From the IMG/VR virus record IMGVR_UViG_2778261154_000015, positions 1 through 12,954 of that record: a stretch of DNA of 12,954 nucleotides. The stretch is one strand, 5' to 3'. Under the pieces are notes generated by a model. That model was given only the letters and a program-made list of their open reading frames with translations. It had not been told where the DNA came from and searched no databases. Position numbers and translations under genes: made by a program. The DNA comes from a virus. Lineage: Duplodnaviria > Heunggongvirae > Uroviricota > Caudoviricetes. Shown piece after piece: positions 6,738 to 12,954 of this stretch (its first letter is position 1; each line of letters begins with the position of its first letter).

Positions 6738-6965
6738 ATGTTTAAATCAGACGTAATTAATTTTTATGGGACGAAAGCCAAAGTAGCGAAAGCTGCTGGA
6801 GTTGATCCATCTGCTGTTTCTCAATGGGGGAAACTGGTTCCTGAAGGTCGCGCGATGCGCCTGCAAGAGGCATCCGGCGGGGAACTTCAGTACGACCCCA
6901 AAGTTTATGACGAATATCGTAAGGCAAAACGACCTGGGAAGGTGATTCATGAAAATCAGGCATGA
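6738..6965 (+). CDS. dicC: Cro-like regulator DicC
   Basis: 75-aa ORF divergent from dicA with a GGAGG SD. The LVPEGRAMRLQEASGGELQYDPKVY segment matches DicC/YdaS-type Cro-like proteins as I recall them. Confidence 0.8.
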   Translation: MFKSDVINFYGTKAKVAKAAGVDPSAVSQWGKLVPEGRAMRLQEASGGELQYDPKVYDEYRKAKRPGKVIHENQA

Positions 6966-7371
6966 GCACATCGAATCAGTGTTGTTAGCCCTGGCATCTG
7001 AAAAAGGGCAGGCATGGGTTGCCAGTGCAATTACTGAAGAATATCTGCGCCAGGGGGGCGGCGAATTGCCCCTGGTACCAGGCAAGGACTGGAACAATCA
7101 GCAGAATATCTATCACCGTTGGTTGAAAGGTGAAACGAAAGCGCAAAGGGAAAAAATTCAGAAGCTGATCCCAGCAATTCTGGCAATCCTTCCGCGCGAG
7201 CTGCGTCACCGACTCTGCATCTTCGATACCCTGGAACGCCGTGCATTACTGGCGGCGCAGGAAGCGTTGAGTACGGCAATTGATGCGCATGATGACGCAG
7301 TCCAGGCCGTTTACCGTAAAGCGCATTTCAGCGGTGGTGGGTCGTCCGACGATTCTGTCGTTGTGCATTGA
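6949..7371 (+). CDS. YdaT-family protein (CII-like regulatory protein, historically annotated toxin YdaT)
   Basis: 140-aa ORF overlapping the dicC 3' end by 17 nt. The N-terminus MKIRHEHIESVLLALASEKGQAWV resembles Rac YdaT as I recall it. It occupies the cII position after the cro-like gene. Confidence 0.7.
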   Translation: MKIRHEHIESVLLALASEKGQAWVASAITEEYLRQGGGELPLVPGKDWNNQQNIYHRWLKGETKAQREKIQKLIPAILAILPRELRHRLCIFDTLERRALLAAQEALSTAIDAHDDAVQAVYRKAHFSGGGSSDDSVVVH

Positions 7372-7461
7372 TGTTTATGCCGAACCTCCTCTGGTTCTGT
7401 TGATTGGGGAATCACAGATTATATCCGGAGGAAGGTTCGGCACCAGACGAGGTTTCTATAT

Positions 7462-8217
7462 ATGAGCATGAAACTAATGGCAAAAGCAATGGAAATTAAA
7501 GTGGGTAATCCATTGCGTAAGCTGGTTCTGATTAAGCTGGCTGATAATGCCAGCGATCAGGGCGAGTGCTGGCCCAGCTACCAGTATATCGCTGACCAGT
7601 GCGAGATTAGCAAGCGTTCTGTGATTAATCATATTGCGGCGCTTTGTGAGTCCGGGCTGGTAAAAAAAATCACCCGGAAAGGTGAAAAAGGTAATACAAG
7701 TAATATCTATCTCCTTCATCTGGATGGTGCAGAAAATTTACCGGGGAATAGTGCAAATAATTCGCTACATTGTGCATCAGATGCATCGGGTAGCGCAGGA
7801 GTTGCACCTGTTGCCAGTGCAGGAGTTGCACCCAGAACCAGTCACTCTTTTGAACCAGTCAATGAACCTGATGTTGGTGGATCTGCTGACGCAGATCCAC
7901 AGGTCAGTCATCGCGCAAAAAACAAAATCGACTGGCAGAGGGTTCTGGACAGCTATCACGAAATCCTGTCTGAAATGCCATCAGTGAAAATTCTGACGGA
8001 TACCAGGAAAAAAAATCTGCGGACGTTCTGGCAGAAATTCGGTTTTGACCAGCAGCGATGGGAGTCCTATCTGCGATACGTTGCTGAGAACTGTCGCTGG
8101 ATGCTGGAAGATCGTCCCAATGGCAGCGGTGGGTTCTGGAAGCGTAAAAACCTGGATTACCTGATCACCGAACGGTGCTATGTCGCTGTCAAAGAGGCGC
8201 GGGCAAATGACAGATAA
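7462..8217 (+). CDS. Phage replication initiation protein (O-like, N-terminal winged-helix HTH_36-type domain)
   Basis: 251-aa ORF. N-terminal LRKLVLIKLADNASDQGECWPSYQYIADQCEISKRSVINHIAALCESGLVKK is typical of phage replication-initiator HTH domains. It lies immediately upstream of, and is translationally coupled to, the DnaB-like helicase gene. It contains an internal direct DNA repeat. Confidence 0.8.
   Translation: MSMKLMAKAMEIKVGNPLRKLVLIKLADNASDQGECWPSYQYIADQCEISKRSVINHIAALCESGLVKKITRKGEKGNTSNIYLLHLDGAENLPGNSANNSLHCASDASGSAGVAPVASAGVAPRTSHSFEPVNEPDVGGSADADPQVSHRAKNKIDWQRVLDSYHEILSEMPSVKILTDTRKKNLRTFWQKFGFDQQRWESYLRYVAENCRWMLEDRPNGSGGFWKRKNLDYLITERCYVAVKEARANDR
7795..7832. repeat. Two direct copies of GCAGGAGTTGCACC, 24 bp apart, inside the O-like gene linker (iteron-like)
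   Basis: Copies at 7795-7808 and 7819-7832, encoding the duplicated AGVAP peptide. The position is analogous to the lambda ori iterons within gene O. Confidence 0.5.
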
Positions 8218-9610
8218 CACCTTTCCGGTGCCATACCGGGTCGATGCCGAACAGGCAGTGCTGGGGTGCCTGATGGTAAACACCGACACTGAGCGTGCGG
8301 GGCTGGTGTATTCGATGCTGAAACCGGAGTCGTTTTACGTTGCGGCGCACAGGGTTATTTTCCGTGAAATTCGCGGACTTTTCCGCGCCGGAAAGCCTAC
8401 GGACCTGCTCAGCCTTGCGAACGTGATCGAGGCGAAAAAACTGGATGCTGAGACTGGTGGCTTTGCGTACCTTGCTGAAATCAGCAGGAGTGCCACGCTA
8501 TCGGCGATGGTTCACTACGCCGGGATTGTGCGGGAAAAATCCATCCTGCGGTACGCGGTGGAAAAATTACATGCGTGCATCGGGATCATGAATCAGCCGA
8601 CAGACACGAGTGCGACAGAACGACTTGGCGCAGTTCAACAGGTCATTGGCACGATGGCAGAGTATGCCAGAACAGGAAAAACAGGCGGTCTGCGCCCGGT
8701 AAGTGATGTGGTTAACGACTGGATTGATGATCTTGAGCGTCGCTTTTCCAGCCCGGAGAACGCAGCGGGTCTGACGCTGGGGATTAGCTCTCTGGATCGG
8801 CTTATGGCCCCCAAACATGTGCTACGTGGTTCGCTGGTAGTGATTGGTGCAAGGCCGAAAATGGGTAAAAGCGCCTCGCTGAACAGGATTGTGACGCATT
8901 TTGCTCTGAATCATCGTCTGCCCACACTGGTATTCACCCTGGAAATGACAGATCGCAGCCTGGTTGAGCGCATGGTTGCGCAGGAGGCGAGGGTAAATTC
9001 TGAAATTTTTTATGTCGGTGCCAGTGATGACTCGGATATGGCGCGGGCGATGGCGAAAGCCGCAGAACTGGCAGAATCAAACCTGATGATTGACAGCACA
9101 CCAGGGGTAACGCTGGCCCATGTGATCGCTGAATGCCGGAAGGTTAAGCGTCAGCGTGGTGTTGTCGGCCTTGTGGCGATCGATTACCTGACGCTGATGA
9201 AGGCGGAAGCCGCGGAGCGTCGTGATATTGCTTTCGGGGATATCACAACGGGCTTAAAAAATCTCGCTAAAGAGCTGGACTGCGTGGTTTTACTTCTGAC
9301 GCAACTTAACCGAAAACTCGAGGACAGGGCAGATAAACGCCCCACACCAAGCGACAGTCGCGACACCGGGCAGATTGAACAGGATTGCGATGTGTGGATT
9401 GGGTTGTACCGGGATGCTGTCTACAACCGTAACGCAGACTCTCAGCTTATGGAGCTGATTCTCCGTCTGAACAGGGAGGGAGCAACAGGAACAGCATACG
9501 CCCTGATGGATAACGGTTCAGTGACTGATGTCAGCGCAGAGGATGCTGCCAGACGTCTGAGACTTGGTGGTCCGGCACGTAAACCCTACGCACAGACGGA
9601 GGATTTCTGA
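8207..9610 (+). CDS. Replicative DNA helicase, DnaB family (phage-encoded)
   Basis: DnaB N-terminal-domain-like segment (DAEQAVLGCLM), Walker A GARPKMGKS, Walker B-like LVAIDYL, and LLLTQLNR. The ATG at 8207 overlaps the upstream stop and is preceded by AGAGG; the ORF-track start at 8180 is an alternative. Confidence 0.9.
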   Translation: MTDNTFPVPYRVDAEQAVLGCLMVNTDTERAGLVYSMLKPESFYVAAHRVIFREIRGLFRAGKPTDLLSLANVIEAKKLDAETGGFAYLAEISRSATLSAMVHYAGIVREKSILRYAVEKLHACIGIMNQPTDTSATERLGAVQQVIGTMAEYARTGKTGGLRPVSDVVNDWIDDLERRFSSPENAAGLTLGISSLDRLMAPKHVLRGSLVVIGARPKMGKSASLNRIVTHFALNHRLPTLVFTLEMTDRSLVERMVAQEARVNSEIFYVGASDDSDMARAMAKAAELAESNLMIDSTPGVTLAHVIAECRKVKRQRGVVGLVAIDYLTLMKAEAAERRDIAFGDITTGLKNLAKELDCVVLLLTQLNRKLEDRADKRPTPSDSRDTGQIEQDCDVWIGLYRDAVYNRNADSQLMELILRLNREGATGTAYALMDNGSVTDVSAEDAARRLRLGGPARKPYAQTEDF

Positions 9611-9771
9611 TGCAGTCACTTTGTGATGTTCTGGAAAAAACGCTGCTTCAGTTCGGGCGGGGGGAAACGGCGGAGCAGAAAACACGAAACCAGAAGAATC
9701 TGGTTCATCTGAGAAAAATGATTGATGCAGCCAGGCTGGCTGAAAAGCTGGAAAAACAAAACCGGAGGTAA
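9610..9771 (+). CDS. Small hypothetical protein (53 aa), translationally coupled
   Basis: Not in the ORF track. Its ATG overlaps the helicase stop (TGATG). By manual translation: [53 protein letters not shown]. It exactly fills the gap to the next gene, whose SD lies within its 3' end. Confidence 0.4.
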   Translation: MQSLCDVLEKTLLQFGRGETAEQKTRNQKNLVHLRKMIDAARLAEKLEKQNRR

Positions 9772-9776
9772 TTTTA

Positions 9777-10538
9777 ATGGAAACTGTTTTTGACGCACTG
9801 AAAGCAATGGGAAAAGCCACATCCACAGAACTTGCTGCGCGACTTGATATCAGTCGTGAAGAAGTGCTGAACGAACTATGGGAACTGAAAAAGGCTGGTT
9901 TTGTTGATAAAAGCGCGTACACCTGGCGTGTGGCTGATAACAACGTTCAGCAGGAACAGCCAGCGCAGGCAGAACTGCCGGAAGAAACCACCACGGCAAC
10001 AGTAGCGAAAATCTCAGAGTGCGATTTAACCGCGACGATTGAACAACGCGGACCACAAACGGCTGATGAGCTGGCTACATTGTTTGGTACCACATCACGT
10101 AAAGTGGCTTCAACGCTGGCAATGGCAATCAGCAAAGGTCGTCTGATTCGCGTAAATCAGGGCGGTAAATTTCGTTACTGCATACCGGGCGATAATTTAC
10201 CAGCAGAGCCGAAAGCAGCATCGGTAGCGGAAACTGATGGTAAGGCCTTTCCTCAGCCCGCAGGTGTTGCATTACCAGTACAGGAGGCTGCAACACAGGA
10301 AGATATTAAAACAGAAACGGTGGCGGGCATTGTGCAGTCGCTGCCATTGTTCACCGAAACGCGAGCGGATGACCTGGTTTTACCATCGCTGCATATGGCA
10401 AACCGCGAACTGCGTCGGGCGAAAAGTCATGTCCAGAAGTGGGAGCGTGTCTGCGCCGCGCTGCAGGAGCTGAACAAGCACCGGGATATTGTTCGACAGA
10501 TTACTGATATTTCTCGCCGTGTTGCATCGGAAAAGTGA
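9777..10538 (+). CDS. Hypothetical protein with two predicted winged-helix-like segments
   Basis: 253-aa ORF with a GGAGG SD at 8 nt. Two segments look like winged-helix DNA-binding units (N-terminal ...[28 protein letters not shown]... and central ...[30 protein letters not shown]...), followed by a C-terminal coiled-coil-like tail. Confidence 0.75.
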   Translation: METVFDALKAMGKATSTELAARLDISREEVLNELWELKKAGFVDKSAYTWRVADNNVQQEQPAQAELPEETTTATVAKISECDLTATIEQRGPQTADELATLFGTTSRKVASTLAMAISKGRLIRVNQGGKFRYCIPGDNLPAEPKAASVAETDGKAFPQPAGVALPVQEAATQEDIKTETVAGIVQSLPLFTETRADDLVLPSLHMANRELRRAKSHVQKWERVCAALQELNKHRDIVRQITDISRRVASEK

Positions 10539-10553
10539 TTGCCGGAGGCACCT

Positions 10554-10946
10554 ATGGCAAAAGTATTTACACCAGAAGAGCGGGAAGAAGTGAAGGCGCG
10601 CATTGTGGAACTCGTGCGCCTGAGCGGACGAGAAACTTTTCGACAACTGGCAGATAAAACGGGTGTCAGTAAGACCGCTATTCGTCGTTTATCTGGTGCG
10701 CTTGCGGCCAGTGGTGATGTCTGGCTCTCTGATTGCGGGGTATTTCCATCAGAGCAGGCGTATCGCGTATGGCGTAAGACACCGGAGAAGGCTGCTGACC
10801 CGACACTGATTCGAAAGTTACCTGACGGAGAAATACGCCGCTACGACAGGCGTCAGAACATAATCTGTAGCGAGTGCCGGAAGAGCGAAGCCATGCAACG
10901 TGTGCTGGCGTTTTATCAGGGGAATTTTCAGGAGGTGGTACTGTGA
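10554..10946 (+). CDS. Hypothetical protein with probable HTH segment (130 aa)
   Basis: ATG at 10554 preceded by GGAGG at 6 nt; the ORF-track start at 10539 is a TTG. Contains a FRQLADKTGVSKTAIRRL HTH-like segment. Confidence 0.7.
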   Translation: MAKVFTPEEREEVKARIVELVRLSGRETFRQLADKTGVSKTAIRRLSGALAASGDVWLSDCGVFPSEQAYRVWRKTPEKAADPTLIRKLPDGEIRRYDRRQNIICSECRKSEAMQRVLAFYQGNFQEVVL

Positions 10947-11003
10947 GTGAAATTAGTTATCAGGCACTAATTGCCGCAGGCATTTGTATCAAAGGAGAGT
11001 GAC

Positions 11004-11360
11004 GTGGAAATAAAACCAGAAGATGAGTTAAGTAATATTGTTTTATTTCCGGTAAAAGAGGATGACCCTCGTAATCAGGTTAATTTTCTTTATGAGCCAT
11101 CGGAAAGACCATATTGCCATCACGCCTCTGTTCGGGTTGACGAAAAAGAGCGTCAGGTCCGCTGTAAAATCTGCGGTGCAGTTGTGGAGCCATTTGACTG
11201 GATGCTCTCTGTGGCAAAAAGAGAAACCAGACTGGCAGATGATGTAAGGCTATTGCGCCAGGAGGAACAGGAAAGGCGGAAAAATATAGAAAAGTTAATT
11301 CAGATTGAGCGTAACGCGAAAGCGCGGATACGCAGGGCGACAAAATCCAGAACTGAATAA
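11004..11360 (+). CDS. Hypothetical zinc-ribbon protein with basic coiled-coil tail (about 118 aa)
   Basis: GTG at 11004 preceded by AAGGAG at 6 nt; the ORF-track start at 10971 is a TTG with no SD. Contains CHH...C-x2-C (PYCHHASVRVDEKERQVRCKICG) and a basic C-terminus. Confidence 0.6.
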   Translation: MEIKPEDELSNIVLFPVKEDDPRNQVNFLYEPSERPYCHHASVRVDEKERQVRCKICGAVVEPFDWMLSVAKRETRLADDVRLLRQEEQERRKNIEKLIQIERNAKARIRRATKSRTE

Positions 11361-11410
11361 TTAAATTTAGCACTGTAAATAAAATCAAATCCTTAACTGG
11401 AGGTATATCT

Positions 11411-11623
11411 ATGTTAAATACACAGAAAACCATTAATGCGGAAAAATATAACGAGTGGGTGAGGAAATTCTCTGAGCAGATTTTTAAAATTACTGGCGAC
11501 GAGAATGCGGCAAAAAATGAATTAGAGCCGTGGACACCTGAAGGAGTCGACCCAAATTATTGCTGGTGGGATGTTGATCCAGTTGATGCTGCAAATGAAG
11601 CTATGAGTTATCACAACGATTAA
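11411..11623 (+). CDS. Hypothetical small protein (70 aa)
   Basis: ATG preceded by GGAGG at 8 nt. Acidic, Trp-rich C-terminal half. No family recognised. Confidence 0.7.
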   Translation: MLNTQKTINAEKYNEWVRKFSEQIFKITGDENAAKNELEPWTPEGVDPNYCWWDVDPVDAANEAMSYHND

Positions 11624-11658
11624 TGTCAGGAGGCCGCCCGAGAGGGCGGTAATGAAAA

Positions 11659-12627
11659 ATGACTGAATTAACCAAAGAGCAATTAATCGAAGAAGCAAAA
11701 TTAAAAATAGCGATTGCGAAATGCCACCCCAATTCAGGGATGGCCCGGGTGGAGGGCGAGTTATTCAAAATTGCACTGGCATCGCTGGAAGCAGAACCGA
11801 TAGCGTGGGAATGCGGTGAAAACATAATCCTGTTTAACCCTGACACAGTTGAAGCATACGCAAAACGTGCGGAGATATCGCCTAAACCACTATATGCCGC
11901 GCCGCCAGTTCCTGTAATACAGGCTGATGTCGCGCAAGCAATTGAAAATCTCAAGCAGAAGTTAGTGGAATGCAATCGCTATAACTACTGCGCAGATGCA
12001 GTTAAAGATGTTGAGGATGCCAGCCGCGTCTTGGCACTCCAAAATCAAAATATGTCAGCGCCGATAACGCCGGAGGCCATTGAAAACGCAATTGAATACA
12101 TCCGCAGTATCGCTTTTCACATCGATGAAGACGATTACCACGGCAAGCATATTGCGTATTTCATGCGACAAGCACTGGTCTGGCTGGAAGGGCATTCATG
12201 CAGCGACGACAGACAGGGTAAAGCCGGGAATCAACCAGTACGCGGCAACCAGGCTGCCGAATCCAATCGCAGTGATGAGTGGACTGGCAATCCTGATATT
12301 GATAACGCCATCATCATGCTCGACCGCATAGATACGGCGGAAAGTTGCGATGATGACCGTATTGAGGCTGTTAAGGCTGTTTTGCGTAGACTGGCTGGCA
12401 ACTATCCGGTAACTCCGGATGGTTGGATAAGCTGCAGTGAGCGAATGCCTGATGATGGTCAGCACGTAATTATTTTATGTGATGGCGCATTCGTTCTTTA
12501 TGCGCAATATCGAGACGGTGAATTTTTTGATGTCGTCCGCAATGGTGAGGAGTTCTTCGAAACGCAGAGCCGCAATGTAACCCACTGGATGCCGCTACCA
12601 GAACCGCCGAAGGAGGTGAATCAATGA
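11659..12627 (+). CDS. DUF551-domain protein (322 aa)
   Basis: The C-terminal segment WISCSERMPDDGQHVIILCDG...VTHWMPLPEPPKE matches the DUF551 signature common in enterobacterial prophages, as I recall it. The N-terminal two-thirds is unrecognised. Confidence 0.85.
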   Translation: MTELTKEQLIEEAKLKIAIAKCHPNSGMARVEGELFKIALASLEAEPIAWECGENIILFNPDTVEAYAKRAEISPKPLYAAPPVPVIQADVAQAIENLKQKLVECNRYNYCADAVKDVEDASRVLALQNQNMSAPITPEAIENAIEYIRSIAFHIDEDDYHGKHIAYFMRQALVWLEGHSCSDDRQGKAGNQPVRGNQAAESNRSDEWTGNPDIDNAIIMLDRIDTAESCDDDRIEAVKAVLRRLAGNYPVTPDGWISCSERMPDDGQHVIILCDGAFVLYAQYRDGEFFDVVRNGEEFFETQSRNVTHWMPLPEPPKEVNQ

Positions 12628-12707
12628 GCTGGCCTGAAGCATTCACAACGGTAGGAATTACAATGGCGGTGGAGCTGGCGGTGTATTCGATTTGCTGCTG
12701 GGGCTAA
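12624..12707 (+). CDS. Small hydrophobic peptide (27 aa), putative
   Basis: Not in the ORF track. ATG overlaps the DUF551 stop (ATGA) and is preceded by AAGGAGGTG at 5 nt. By manual translation: MSWPEAFTTVGITMAVELAVYSICCWG. Confidence 0.35.
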   Translation: MSWPEAFTTVGITMAVELAVYSICCWG

Positions 12708-12718
12708 AGCATTTTAAG

Positions 12719-12749
12719 ACGCCTTGCTCATAAAGGCGGGGCAAGGCGT
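12719..12749. other. Perfect 9-bp stem hairpin (ACGCCTTGC ... GCAAGGCGT) in an intergenic region
   Basis: Inverted repeat at 12719-12727 and 12741-12749 with a 13-nt loop. No clear U-tract follows on either strand, so a terminator call is not supported. Confidence 0.3.
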
Positions 12750-12849
12750 GCATAGGGTATGTTTAGTTAAACATTGATATAACCAAATCTTATTTTCTGT
12801 TGCTGCGATGAGAAGGCGGGCACATATTTATCATGCAGGTGCTCGTCTG

Positions 12850-12954
12850 ATGTGGGAGGTTATCGTGCTGGCACTGAAATGCGCGCTGGCTATTGCGGCT
12901 GTAATGGCAATTTATTGTCTTGTTATTGTTCTTATGGATCACCTTTCTGATTGA
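12850..12954 (+). CDS. Small hydrophobic single-helix peptide (34 aa from ATG; 29 aa from GTG at 12865), putative
   Basis: By manual translation: MWEVIVLALKCALAIAAVMAIYCLVIVLMDHLSD. GGGAGG lies 5 nt before the in-frame GTG. The stop TGA is at the last three bases of the window. Confidence 0.3.
   Translation: MWEVIVLALKCALAIAAVMAIYCLVIVLMDHLSD

Noticed and set aside
6747-7279. Minus-strand ORFs (116, 70, 74 and 82 aa) overlapping dicC and the YdaT-like gene
   Set aside because: They are antisense to genes with recognisable families and good translation signals. They have no SDs, and their products are compositionally odd.
9616-9822. 68-aa minus-strand ORF between the helicase and the tandem winged-helix gene
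   Set aside because: It overlaps the translationally coupled plus-strand genes (53-aa ORF and the 9777 start with its SD). It has no SD and is Phe/Leu/Pro-rich.
10943-11002. 19-aa ORF with strong SD (AGGAGGT, then GTG at 10943) upstream of the zinc-ribbon gene
   Set aside because: Too short to support as a gene without conservation evidence. It may be a leader peptide or coincidence. Mentioned only because the SD is unusually good.

Overview
This window reads as the immunity and early region of a Qin-like lambdoid prophage of an enterobacterium (E. coli-like). All identifications are from reading the sequence and recalling protein families; no database search was run. Leftward (minus strand): integrase and excisionase, an 813-aa DnaQ-like exonuclease protein, then the dicB cell-division-inhibitor operon (ydfA, ydfB, ydfC, DicF sRNA, dicB, ydfD) under a DicA-like repressor. 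Rightward (plus strand): a Cro-like DicC, a YdaT-family protein, an O-like replication initiator, a DnaB-family helicase and a run of small genes of unknown function ending in a DUF551 protein. The most interesting feature is an AT-rich cassette of two unrecognised ORFs (135 aa and 77 aa, convergent, 3' ends overlapping) lying between ydfC and dicF, next to a highly structured GC-rich non-coding stretch. I could not assign it a function; it is a candidate accessory or defence-type module, not a demonstrated system.
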